Below, in pieces: positions 45,680 through 54,635 of a DNA stretch of 64,000 bases. Numbering within the stretch: the stretch's first letter is position 1; every line of letters starts with the position of its first letter. This stretch comes from a virus, in IMG/VR virus record IMGVR_UViG_3300031910_000005, positions 211-64,210 of that record, one strand, 5' to 3'. The position numbers and the translations under genes were made by a program. The notes beneath the pieces were generated by a model, which was not told the origin of the DNA, ran no database searches, and was given only the letters and a program-made list of their open reading frames with translations.

Positions 45680-46254
45680 GGCCTCCGCAACATCTGCAGC
45701 ACCTCGGCGCGCGCTGCGTGGTTGTGCTGGAAGATGCCGCGCATGACGCTCGTGCGCATGACGGCACCGGACTTCTTGATTCCGCGGCAGGACATGCAGG
45801 TGTGCTCCGCTTCGAGCAGCACGGCGACGCCTCGCGGGTCCAGGTGCTTCTGCAGCGCGTCCGCGATCTGCGTCGTCATCTGCTCCTGCAACTGGAGACG
45901 GCGCGCGAACACATCGACCACGCGCGCGAGCTTCGAGAGTCCGACGACGCGGTAGTTCGAGCCGACCTTCCCTGGGAGGTACGCAACGCCTGCGAACCCG
46001 GTGAACGGCAGCAGGTGATGCTCGCAGGTGGACGTGAACGGGATGCCTGCGAGCGAGACCACTTCGTCGTAACTGCCGCCGTCGAACGAGACCTTGAGCA
46101 GCGCGGCGACGTTGTCCTCTTCGCCCGAGGTCATCTCGCGCAACGCCTTCACCACACGCCGTGGTGTGTCCTTCAGTCCTTCGCGCTCCGGGTCTTCGCC
46201 GATTGCGAGGAGCAGCTCACGCACCGCTGCCTCGCCTCTCTCGATGTTGTTCAT
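45676..46254 (-). CDS. folE: GTP cyclohydrolase I
   Basis: REGLKDTPRRV, CEHHLLPF, GLSKLAR, LQLQEQMT, HTCMSCRG. Confidence 0.95.
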   Translation of the reverse strand: MNNIERGEAAVRELLLAIGEDPEREGLKDTPRRVVKALREMTSGEEDNVAALLKVSFDGGSYDEVVSLAGIPFTSTCEHHLLPFTGFAGVAYLPGKVGSNYRVVGLSKLARVVDVFARRLQLQEQMTTQIADALQKHLDPRGVAVLLEAEHTCMSCRGIKKSGAVMRTSVMRGIFQHNHAARAEVLQMLRRP

Positions 46255-46290
46255 GGAGGGCACGCTACACTTGCGCTACAGACGAGGCAA
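46255..46290 (-). promoter_or_regulatory. Sigma70-like promoter, leaderless start of folE operon
   Basis: TTGCCT-N17-TAGCGT then 7 nt to ATG 46254. Confidence 0.55.
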
Positions 46291-46680
46291 GGGACGACGG
46301 ATGCCTGCTTCGCGTTCAACCTTCTCGCGCGCCCACTGACGGCGTGCGTCGTCGACGTACTCGTGCAGCACCTTCGTGAACCCGGTGTCATCCTGCATCA
46401 CGTATGCGAGTGCGATGAGCGCGTCGACGAACTCTTCGGTCACGAGCGTTGTGCTCGTCGCGAGTGTCGAGACATACGTGAGCAGGTCACTCGGGAACAT
46501 CTTGCGAACGATGTCGCTCTCGGCGAAGCGCGCGAGAGCTGCCGTCTGGAAGTGCCAGCGGGATTCAACTTGATCCGGTGACTCGCACAGCCGCCCGCCC
46601 ACCGAGCGGAAGTACGTCGCTGCCCCGGTACGGTGTTGCACGAACGGCAGCCCGTGCACGCATCCGTGGCAGCGACTCAC
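46276..46680 (-). CDS. Hypothetical protein
   Basis: 134 aa ORF. Confidence 0.6.
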   Translation of the reverse strand: MSRCHGCVHGLPFVQHRTGAATYFRSVGGRLCESPDQVESRWHFQTAALARFAESDIVRKMFPSDLLTYVSTLATSTTLVTEEFVDALIALAYVMQDDTGFTKVLHEYVDDARRQWAREKVEREAGIRRPLPRL

Positions 46681-47141
46681 AGCGCGACACCGGGAAGGTC
46701 GAGTGCGCGGTCACGCTCGTAGAGTTTCTTGCACTCGAGACACACGCGAGCACCGCGCTTCGAGCGCTTCTCCGGCAGCAGGTGATTGCGGATGCAGTGC
46801 GTCTTGCGGGCGTTGTGCGCGCTCGGTCCTTCGCCGCGCAGTGTGTTGACCTTCGGCGTCACCGCTTCGAGGTGCGAGGGGTTGAAGCACAGCCTGTTTC
46901 GGCACTTGTGATCGACGACCAGTCCGTCGGGCACGATGCCGTGGAACAGTCGGTACGACAGGATGTGCACCATCTCGTAGGACTGCTTCCCGTTCTCGCG
47001 CGGCAGGATCAGACGTCCGTAGCCGTTGCCGTTCTGCGAGCCAGTCCAGACCCAGCAGTTGCCTTCGCAGTCGAGCGGGCCGCGCTCGAAGCTCACGTGC
47101 TCGAGCATGGCGCTTCGGATGTGCCAGAAGTGCGATGTCAC
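46677..47141 (-). CDS. HNH homing endonuclease (HNH_3-type)
   Basis: CWVWTG..NGYG...HILSY...VDHKCRNRLCFNPSHL; KTHCIRNH. Confidence 0.9.
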   Translation of the reverse strand: MTSHFWHIRSAMLEHVSFERGPLDCEGNCWVWTGSQNGNGYGRLILPRENGKQSYEMVHILSYRLFHGIVPDGLVVDHKCRNRLCFNPSHLEAVTPKVNTLRGEGPSAHNARKTHCIRNHLLPEKRSKRGARVCLECKKLYERDRALDLPGVAL

Positions 47142-47419
47142 AGCTCCTCCAACTCGTCAGGGGGCGCGCCGGGATGCGGGTACTCCGCGGGTTCGACGGG
47201 CCAGCCCCAGAAGATCATCGTGTTCATTGTACCCGGCTGACGTGTGAACGGTCCCTTCCGCGATGCTTCGATCTCCCACAGCTCCATGCGCTCCCCGGAG
47301 CAGAGATCGTCCTCACACATCTCGGCGACGACCTCGCCCCAGTGGAACGCACCGCGTCGCATGCACAACGCGACGGCGATGTGGATTGCGTACGCAACGC
47401 GCCACTCGTGCATCGTCAT
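47138..47419 (-). CDS. Hypothetical protein
   Basis: 93 aa from MTMHEWR; ATGA overlap. Confidence 0.55.
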   Translation of the reverse strand: MTMHEWRVAYAIHIAVALCMRRGAFHWGEVVAEMCEDDLCSGERMELWEIEASRKGPFTRQPGTMNTMIFWGWPVEPAEYPHPGAPPDELEEL

Positions 47420-47655
47420 GGCTCGTCCTTGAAGAAGCGCCGCACGAGCTCGCGCTGCGTGAGCAGGTTGCGCTGGTCGCACGCCACAGGGTCCTTCGAC
47501 AGCACACTGACGACGCACGGTGTGCGAGCGAGCCAGCGGAACTCGGGACCGCCGACGTGCTCGCGGATGTTGATGCCGCGAGCGCACGTGGGCTTGTTCG
47601 CTCCGGGCGCCCATCCGTAGTGCTCGCACATCATCGGCTGCTTCCGCTCGGCCAC
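47416..47655 (-). CDS. Small Cys-containing hypothetical protein
   Basis: 79 aa ORF. Confidence 0.55.
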   Translation of the reverse strand: MAERKQPMMCEHYGWAPGANKPTCARGINIREHVGGPEFRWLARTPCVVSVLSKDPVACDQRNLLTQRELVRRFFKDEP

Positions 47656-47657
47656 GG

Positions 47658-48251
47658 CTACTTCGCCCCCTTCTTCGGGCGAGGTTGCTCTACGACGGGC
47701 TCCTCTTCCACTGGCGGCGGATCGAACGTGGGCGGCGGCTGACCCGGATCAGGGAAGTCCTCGGGCGTGATGCCTGTCTCGAGTACGTACACACCGGACT
47801 GATCTCCGGCAGTGAACGGCCCGAGGCGCACGATGTCGAGCGCCCACACATCACCCGCGCGCTCCACGCCGTCGAGCAACCCGAGGTCATCCATCTCGCT
47901 GCGGATCTCTTCGAGCGTGACCTCGCCGCGCTGTAACTCCGCGCGCCGCTTCGCTGCGATCGCGACGCCCACATGGATTGCGTACTGAACCAACCAACGT
48001 CTGTAGTTCTTGCCCACGTCGTCCTGCTCCTCTACTCGTTCGATCCGCCCCACACCTTCACCGGACAGGTTCGGCAGAAGCTCTGCCCAACTCAGCGAGT
48101 ACCAGGGACCGCGCCCGTAGCGCGCACGCACACCGTCCTCGCCGATCTCGACGCGGAATGTTCCGCGCGCCGGCCACCCTCTCGACGACCACACGGCGCC
48201 GAGGTTCACCTCAACCTCACGCACCAACCGCCCCTTCAACCGTGCTGCCAT
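47658..48251 (-). CDS. Hypothetical protein
   Basis: 197 aa from MAARLKG with RBS GGGAGG; RWLVQYAIHVG segment resembles WRVAYAIHIA in 47138-47419. Confidence 0.65.
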   Translation of the reverse strand: MAARLKGRLVREVEVNLGAVWSSRGWPARGTFRVEIGEDGVRARYGRGPWYSLSWAELLPNLSGEGVGRIERVEEQDDVGKNYRRWLVQYAIHVGVAIAAKRRAELQRGEVTLEEIRSEMDDLGLLDGVERAGDVWALDIVRLGPFTAGDQSGVYVLETGITPEDFPDPGQPPPTFDPPPVEEEPVVEQPRPKKGAK

Positions 48252-48342
48252 GGACACAAAACCTCCCTGCTGTCGAGTTCCTACCCCGAAAAACGTCTGC
48301 GCTTGTGTGTCCGCAAGGACACGCGCTCCCCTGGGGGTGCCT

Positions 48343-48449
48343 AGGGGTCTAAACGCCCCTACAGCGACCCATGCGCCAAGGGGTGGGGGCAAGGGTGCTA
48401 CGGGGGCGATTACCGCCCCCTGCCGCCCCGTTTAGACCCCTGCAGGGGT
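48343..48449. repeat. G/C-tract inverted-repeat region B
   Basis: 13-bp IR AGGGGTCTAAACG (48343-48355/48429-48441), hairpin GGGGGCG-ATTAC-CGCCCCC, palindrome ACCCCTGCAGGGGT. Confidence 0.6.
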
Positions 48450-48450
48450 G

Positions 48451-50157
48451 CTACCCCCACGCCTGCACGGCGTAGCCCTCGCTCCCCTCCCCCTCAGCGC
48501 TGCGGGACACGTGCTGCAACGCCCCCGCGCTGACCCGCACGCGCTGCACGACGCAGGTCGGTTCGAGGGACTGTTCGAGCAGCGGTGAGTGGGTGATGAG
48601 CACGATGGGGCGTTCGATGGCGAGCTCCTCGATCACCCGGCACACGGCTTCCACTCCGTCGGCGTCGAGTGCGTCGAACACCTCGTCGAAGAACAGTGTG
48701 CTGGCGACCGTGCCGTGCGAAGCGTTCGCGACCTCTGCGAGTGCGAGCAGCAGGGCCACGTCGATGCGACGGCGCTCGCCTGCACTCGCACCCTTGTAGC
48801 CGAAGCCGCCGCCTGCACCGTGCACTTCGAGCGAGATCGCGTCCTTCACACCACCGTTCGCCTTCTCACCGTACGGCTTGAGCTCCAACCGCAGCCCCCA
48901 GCCTGCGATGCGACCGAGCCACACGTTCGCGATCTGCTCGACGCCGGAGAGCGCGTCGGTGAGGAGCTTCGACCGCACGCCCGTGAGGGACAGCACGCGC
49001 TCGCACGCGAGCAACTCGTCGGCGATGCGCTTCGCTTCCTGCGCCTGTGCGGTGAGCTCGGCGAGCTTCGCTTCGGCTTCCGCTGCACCCGTCGCGACCG
49101 TGTTCAACTGCTCGGAGAGGCGCGCGTGCTCCTTCGCGACCCCGACAGCAGTCACGCGCTCGGATGCGATTTGGAACTGCCGCTTCGACGCCGCGTCGCG
49201 ATCCTCGCTGAGCTCGACCTCCTCAGCGGTCAGGTCTGCGAGATCCTTCTGCCACTGCACACGCTGTACCGTATGCGCTTCGAGCATCGCGTCGTGCTTG
49301 GCCTGCGCGGCGGCGATGAGCTCCGGTGCCCACGGCGTGTTGCATGTGGGGCAGTGGCCGGACTCCAGGCGCTTCAGCTCGCGCTCCACCTCCTTCATGT
49401 CGCGATCGAGGTTGAGCAGCGCGCGCTCCGCAACGGTCTTGCGTGCGCGGCAGGCGTTGATGTCCTTCGTGATCGCATCGACCGTCTCGCGCAGCTCGAT
49501 GAGCTTCGCGTCCATCGCTGCGACGTCCGGGACTGCGCCGAGCTCTGCGAGTGCGCGCTCGGCATCCTCGCGCCGCTTCGCTTCCCCTTCCGTGCGCGCC
49601 TGCTGCACCTGCATCGCCGTCTCTGCGCTCGCCTTCGTGCGCTCTGCGGTGCGGAGCTCCCTGCGGCAGCGATCCAGCGCTTCGTCGAAACGGTCCAGGC
49701 CGAGCAGCGTCTCCAGCAGCCGCTTCCGATCGCCGTCGGTCGCGAGTGTGAAGTGCGATGCGTCCTGCGAGCTGAACACGCTGGTGCGACGCCACACATC
49801 GTGCGTGCCGATCACGTGCTCCAGCGCGTCCTGCGCCTTGGTCGCGGTGTCGAACTTCGTCGTGTCGTTCGCGTGCGACCAGCCGAGCGAGGTCTTCCCT
49901 TTCACGCTGCGGGTGCGAGTGACGCGCAGGTCGTTGTCCGTGACGATCGACACGACGCCCTCTTCACCCTCGCGCCAGGGCTGGGTGCCGCGCAACGTCT
50001 TGCCCCACAGCCCCACGGACACGGCTTCGATCAGCGAACTCTTGCCGCTGCCGTTGTGCCCCTGCACGAGCACGACGCCGCGATCGGGGAGCGTGATGAT
50101 CTCCCCCGCTGGCCCGTAGGACATGAAACCGCTCATCCCGATGCTCTTCACGATCAT
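48451..50157 (-). CDS. Rad50/SbcC (gp46-like) ABC ATPase
   Basis: GHNGSGKSS, central CPTC hook in coiled coil, ASAGERRR signature, FFDEVFDALD. Confidence 0.92.
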   Translation of the reverse strand: MIVKSIGMSGFMSYGPAGEIITLPDRGVVLVQGHNGSGKSSLIEAVSVGLWGKTLRGTQPWREGEEGVVSIVTDNDLRVTRTRSVKGKTSLGWSHANDTTKFDTATKAQDALEHVIGTHDVWRRTSVFSSQDASHFTLATDGDRKRLLETLLGLDRFDEALDRCRRELRTAERTKASAETAMQVQQARTEGEAKRREDAERALAELGAVPDVAAMDAKLIELRETVDAITKDINACRARKTVAERALLNLDRDMKEVERELKRLESGHCPTCNTPWAPELIAAAQAKHDAMLEAHTVQRVQWQKDLADLTAEEVELSEDRDAASKRQFQIASERVTAVGVAKEHARLSEQLNTVATGAAEAEAKLAELTAQAQEAKRIADELLACERVLSLTGVRSKLLTDALSGVEQIANVWLGRIAGWGLRLELKPYGEKANGGVKDAISLEVHGAGGGFGYKGASAGERRRIDVALLLALAEVANASHGTVASTLFFDEVFDALDADGVEAVCRVIEELAIERPIVLITHSPLLEQSLEPTCVVQRVRVSAGALQHVSRSAEGEGSEGYAVQAWG

Positions 50158-50597
50158 TGGTTCACCTCGCTGCCGCTGTTCGCAAGACGCCGCTCTGCGT
50201 CGAATCTGAGATTGAGGAATGCGTTGTAGATGCTCTTCACCTGCTCCGAGTGAAGGCTCACCGCCGGCCGGTGGTCGATCAGGTCGTGGATGTTCTCGAG
50301 CATCGTGTCGATGTCGGCGTGGTGCACCCAGTTCTCTGCGAGCCACGGCCGGTCCATTGCGAGGTACTCGAGCCACTCGGCGATCGAGTCCAGCGTCGTC
50401 CAGAGCCCGGTGCCGTTGCAGCGCAGGCACACGGCAGCGGTGATGCGCCGGTTCACGAACGAAGCGACCGATCCAGGATCACGGAGCGAGACGAGCGGCG
50501 GGATGTAGAGCGGTGTCTGCATCGAGCGCGACGCAGCGTTGTTCATCCCTGTGCCGTCGCACGCAGGGCAGTCGGTCGTGGGTGACGTGTCCATCAC
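50154..50597 (-). CDS. Hypothetical protein with DnaJ-like CxxCxGxG motifs
   Basis: CPACDGTG and CLRCNGTG. Confidence 0.6.
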   Translation of the reverse strand: MMDTSPTTDCPACDGTGMNNAASRSMQTPLYIPPLVSLRDPGSVASFVNRRITAAVCLRCNGTGLWTTLDSIAEWLEYLAMDRPWLAENWVHHADIDTMLENIHDLIDHRPAVSLHSEQVKSIYNAFLNLRFDAERRLANSGSEVNQ

Positions 50598-50971
50598 TCC
50601 GTCTCCAGCGAGACGACGGTGTCCTCGGCCAGCAGGTCGAGCAGCACGCGCACCATCACGAGTTGCTTCCCGGTGAGCGGGCGTGCGTGGCTCGACAGGT
50701 CCGCCTGCTTCTTCACGTTGCGGATGAACTCCTGCTCGTGGAACGAGAAGAGCTGTCCGCGCCGCTTGCGGTCACGGCGTGCGACGCTGATCTTCGCCTC
50801 CACTTCGGTGTTCGCGTGCAACGTGTTCACCCACTCGTAGACGGTCTCGCGGGGCGTGGTGCGGTACAGGTGATCAGGGTCGCGATCGCCGCCCGTACCC
50901 GGTTTGCAGAACTTCGCGATGCGTCGCGGGACCGTGGTGAAGATCACCGCGCGCTGCTCATCCCTATCCAT
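50594..50971 (-). CDS. Hypothetical protein
   Basis: 125 aa ORF. Confidence 0.55.
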   Translation of the reverse strand: MDRDEQRAVIFTTVPRRIAKFCKPGTGGDRDPDHLYRTTPRETVYEWVNTLHANTEVEAKISVARRDRKRRGQLFSFHEQEFIRNVKKQADLSSHARPLTGKQLVMVRVLLDLLAEDTVVSLETE

Positions 50972-50980
50972 GGTCGGCTC

Positions 50981-52090
50981 CTACTTCTGGAGGTATGCGA
51001 GGGTGCGGGTGAGGACGTTCGTGCGATCGACGCTGGCGTCCAGCTCCATCGAGCCGACGTACGCACGCACCGCGCCCTCCCATCCACCTGTGCTCGCGAC
51101 GACGGTCTGGATCTGCGCACGCGCTGCTTCGTCCGCTGCCTTGTCGTCGAGCGCGGGATCGACTCCTGCGAGGCCGAGGTTGACCTCCATGTCCTGGAGC
51201 ATGCGGGTCGCCGATCCGACGAGCGACGGCCCCACCTTCCAGCGTGCGTACAGGAGCGTCGGAATACACTGCTCGGCACACTTGCGGATGTACTGGTCGC
51301 CGCCGGGGCCGGTCGCCATCACGAAGCGCGGGCCGGGGATCTCGACGCGCTCCCATGTGTTCGCTTCGGTGTCGACGAGGATGAGCGATCCGTACCCTTC
51401 GAGCCCAGGGTTGTCGTAGCCCGTCGGCACGAGCGCACCGCACTGGATGATCGTGCGACCGTTGCGCTCCCAGCTCTTGTGATCGTGCCAGTTGCCGGCG
51501 ACCGCCCACTTGATGTCGTGCTTGTCCATCAGGTCGAAGAGCGTGTCAGCCTCGATGCTGTCGTGCGCACCGAGCATCCACGCAGGGGTGCCGGCGTCCG
51601 CGATGCCCATGTGGAGCACGAGCACGTTGGGCTTCCCTGCGATCGCCTCCAGCTCGGTCGGGAGCCACTCGCGCGCGTCCCCTGTGCGGTACGGCATCAG
51701 CAGGATCGACACCTCTGCGCCTGCGCTGATGATCGCAGGACCGTCGAACGCGCCGACGTCCGCGTCCATGCGGTCGATGGGGCCGAGCGCGTCATCGTCC
51801 TCGCTCATCGACACGGTGTCGTGGTTGCCGCGGATGATCGCGATGTTCAGCTCGCGCCCGCGCAGCACGTCCATCGTCTTGGAGATCACCTGCGGCTCCG
51901 GGCGCACGTTGTCGAACAGGTCGCCGCACACCACGAAGCCGTCGCAGTTCGCGTCCTCTGCGGCGCTGAGCGCAGAGCCCAACGTGTCCAGGATTGCGCG
52001 GCATCGGTGGTTCAATCCGACGTGCATCGCGCCGCCGTGCTTCCGGTGGTTCGCGATGTGCACGTCCGCTACGAATGCGATCTTCGCCAT
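50981..52090 (-). CDS. Mre11/SbcD (gp47-like) nuclease
   Basis: ADVH, GDLFD, GNHD, GNWH metallophosphoesterase motifs. Confidence 0.92.
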   Translation of the reverse strand: MAKIAFVADVHIANHRKHGGAMHVGLNHRCRAILDTLGSALSAAEDANCDGFVVCGDLFDNVRPEPQVISKTMDVLRGRELNIAIIRGNHDTVSMSEDDDALGPIDRMDADVGAFDGPAIISAGAEVSILLMPYRTGDAREWLPTELEAIAGKPNVLVLHMGIADAGTPAWMLGAHDSIEADTLFDLMDKHDIKWAVAGNWHDHKSWERNGRTIIQCGALVPTGYDNPGLEGYGSLILVDTEANTWERVEIPGPRFVMATGPGGDQYIRKCAEQCIPTLLYARWKVGPSLVGSATRMLQDMEVNLGLAGVDPALDDKAADEAARAQIQTVVASTGGWEGAVRAYVGSMELDASVDRTNVLTRTLAYLQK

Positions 52091-52091
52091 G

Positions 52092-52352
52092 TCACTGCTC
52101 CTTCTCCAGCATCCTCAACGTCGTGAGAGCATCCTCGATCTCACGGTACGTCTTGCCCTGCTTCTGCAACTGCATGCCGTGAGCACGCAGGCCACGGACG
52201 TCATCGTCGGAAGCCGTGCGCCGCCCGAGTGCACCGTCGACCGTGCTCGCGAACATGAGTTTGTGCACGACTGTTTCGATTCGCCCGCGCGCCACCTTCA
52301 GCTTCTTGCGACGACGGTCACGCCGCGCGTGCGACCTATTCTTCTTCCCCAC
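52092..52352 (-). CDS. Small basic hypothetical protein
   Basis: 86 aa from GTG; start uncertain. Confidence 0.45.
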   Translation of the reverse strand: MGKKNRSHARRDRRRKKLKVARGRIETVVHKLMFASTVDGALGRRTASDDDVRGLRAHGMQLQKQGKTYREIEDALTTLRMLEKEQ

Positions 52353-53313
52353 TGGCCTTTGCCTCCGCGCTCGACACAACGCCGCCCCAGCCGAGTGAGA
52401 CGAGCGCAGCCTGGTGAGCCTTGTCGCCCTTCGCTCCGCGTCCTGCCTTGCCGACCTTCTTCGCGTGCTCCAGCGTGCTCCACTCGTTGTTCCATCCCGT
52501 GTCGTAGTCGAGACGGATGCGGGCTTTGCGGAACGGCGGAGAGAAGCGCGTCTTCGCAGTGACGAGCGTGACGATCTTGCCGGTGTGCTCGTCAGCCTTG
52601 TTCTTGATGGCCTTGCCGCCGAAGAGCTGCAACCGGAGCGAGGCGTAGAACTTCACCGCCTTGCCGCCGGGCGTGATCGTGTTGGGGCCGAACATCACAC
52701 CGAAGTTCGCGCGCACCTGATTCAGCGCGAGCAGATGTGCACGGTGCTTCGCGAGCAGCGGGATGAGCTTCTTCAGCTCCGCGCTCATCAGCATGCTCTG
52801 CAACGCGGGTGCACGGTCGCCTGCCTCCTTGCCGAGCTCCACCTTCGGCGTCATCGCTGCGATCGTGTCCCACACGAGCAGCAGGGGGCCGCGCTTCGCA
52901 TTGTGCGACGTGAGCAGGAGCTTCGACTGCTCGAGCGCCATCTCCATCGTCTCGGGCTGCACGATGATGAGGTTGTCGATGTCGACGCCGTACACCTTCG
53001 CGCGGTCTTCGTCGAAGCTGTACTCGACATCGACGACGACGCACGTCGCTCCGTGTTGCTGCGCGGACGCGATGCACTGCCACGAGAGCGCTGTCTTGCC
53101 TGCGCCCTCCTCACCGCTCAGCTCACTCATGCGGCCGACAGGGAGCCCGCCGATCCCGATGCTGTAATGGTCGATGATCTCGACGCCGGTCGGGATGACC
53201 TCCTTCACCTGTGCCGCTGCCTCGCGTCCGCTGCCGAGCCGCAGTGCACTCGTGGTCCCGAACTTCTTCTGCAAGAGCTTCACGGTCTGATCGAGCACGG
53301 TCTTGTTCGACAT
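52336..53313 (-). CDS. recA: RecA/UvsX recombinase
   Basis: 325 aa; IPTG...GGLPVGRMSELSGEEGAGKT, TPGGKAVKFYASLRL. Confidence 0.93.
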   Translation of the reverse strand: MSNKTVLDQTVKLLQKKFGTTSALRLGSGREAAAQVKEVIPTGVEIIDHYSIGIGGLPVGRMSELSGEEGAGKTALSWQCIASAQQHGATCVVVDVEYSFDEDRAKVYGVDIDNLIIVQPETMEMALEQSKLLLTSHNAKRGPLLLVWDTIAAMTPKVELGKEAGDRAPALQSMLMSAELKKLIPLLAKHRAHLLALNQVRANFGVMFGPNTITPGGKAVKFYASLRLQLFGGKAIKNKADEHTGKIVTLVTAKTRFSPPFRKARIRLDYDTGWNNEWSTLEHAKKVGKAGRGAKGDKAHQAALVSLGWGGVVSSAEAKASGEEE

Positions 53314-53564
53314 CACATCTTCTCCAGAAGCAGAAGCGCGTGCTCCCGCTCCAACTGTTCGGCACGTCCGGGAACACCTTTGTGCCGAAGCCAGCGTGCG
53401 ATGGCTCCGACGTCGTTCATGTGCACGCGAGCTTCGCGCGTGCGCGGGTGGCGCTTCTGCACGAACAGCGGAGCAGGCATCGCGCATCCGCTCACACCGA
53501 GGATCTCGCGCGCTTCGTTGAACGAGAGCGCGCCATACTTCAGGAACTGTCGAAGCGTACGCAT
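53313..53564 (-). CDS. Small HTH-like protein
   Basis: 83 aa MRTLRQFLKYGALSFNEAREILGVS; TGATG overlap with recA. Confidence 0.55.
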   Translation of the reverse strand: MRTLRQFLKYGALSFNEAREILGVSGCAMPAPLFVQKRHPRTREARVHMNDVGAIARWLRHKGVPGRAEQLEREHALLLLEKM

Positions 53565-53662
53565 AGTGGACGCCGATGGAGTTGAACCATCGCCCTGCAT
53601 CTCGGTTGCCGACGTAGCCGCGGGCGGCGGCAGTCGAGAGAGGCAGTACACCGTTCGCGCCC
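53564..53662 (-). ncRNA. tmRNA tRNA-like-domain / tRNA-Ala mimic without tag ORF
   Basis: Acceptor GGGCGC/GCGTCC with G3-U, discriminator A, T-arm GATGG-TTCAACT-CCATC, no D-stem, long irregular helix. Confidence 0.55.
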
Positions 53663-53792
53663 ATAAACCCCCAGCCCCGGAGAGGGTGAGTCTCCGGGGT
53701 TGTCCACGCCTGGGGGAGCCGCGCAGGTGACCGTGCGTGCAAGGGAGCAGCAACGCTCGCATCGCGACGGCCGGGACACTGAGACCTTACAT

Positions 53793-54602
53793 CTACAGGT
53801 CGTCGTCGTCCACGTCCGCAGTGCTGTCGTACACCTTGCCGGCGGCACCTTCGCCCACGTCGTACTCACCGCCGCCCGTCTGCGGCTTCGGCTGTGGGCG
53901 ACGCCCTGCGAGCATCTCCTGGATGTCGTGGTCGCTCGGGACAGCGGCGAGCGATTCGAGGTTGTGCATCTGCTGGAGCAGCTCGGTCATCTCCGCGTTG
54001 TCGGGGAGCAGCGGACTCGGTCCCTTCGGGTCCACGGCCACGCTGTAGCGCGTGTTCTTCTTCTCGCCCGTGCGGATGATGATGAGGTCGTAGCCGTTCA
54101 CGGGGTGCGTGAAGTTGAGGCCGAGGCCCTCGTCCGGGTCACGAATCTCGATGAGCTTCTTGTGGATCATCGTGCCGAACTTCCAGACCTTCCAACCCTC
54201 CTCCGGCGCAGCGCGCTGGAACACGTTGGCGAAGAGCTGACGCTGCGGGAGCAGGTTCTCGCCGCGCTTCTGATCGACGGGGTTGTTCGACGCCTGCATC
54301 TGCTTCGCCTTCGTGCACACACGGCAGGGGAGCTTCGCTTCCATGCGCGGGCAGACGAACGCGACGGAGTTGTCCAGCCCGGGGACGTCGACGTAGTGCA
54401 TCCACACGGGACGCCAGGGCGTCTTCGTGCCGGGGCGCGGCGGTCCCATGCGCAGCACAGTCTTGCCCTGCGGGAGCGCGCCGAGGTTCTTCGACTTGCT
54501 CGACTTCTTCGAGTCCTCGCGATCCTGCTGGAGCGCGTCGAGATCGAAGTCTTCGTACAGTGCGAGGCTGGTGTTGGTGTTCTTGGTCGGTTGCTTTGCC
54601 AT
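53793..54602 (-). CDS. Single-stranded DNA-binding protein (gp32-like)
   Basis: TVLRMGPP...HYV...CP....CRVC, GYDLIIIRTG, acidic tail. Confidence 0.85.
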   Translation of the reverse strand: MAKQPTKNTNTSLALYEDFDLDALQQDREDSKKSSKSKNLGALPQGKTVLRMGPPRPGTKTPWRPVWMHYVDVPGLDNSVAFVCPRMEAKLPCRVCTKAKQMQASNNPVDQKRGENLLPQRQLFANVFQRAAPEEGWKVWKFGTMIHKKLIEIRDPDEGLGLNFTHPVNGYDLIIIRTGEKKNTRYSVAVDPKGPSPLLPDNAEMTELLQQMHNLESLAAVPSDHDIQEMLAGRRPQPKPQTGGGEYDVGEGAAGKVYDSTADVDDDDL

Positions 54603-54635
54603 CTGGGTACTTCTTCTCTTTCGTGTTGGTTCGGA

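Noticed and set aside
53565-53762. Upstream extensions of the recA and HTH ORFs
   Set aside because: They run through a structured non-coding region; downstream ATGs are coupled to neighbouring stops
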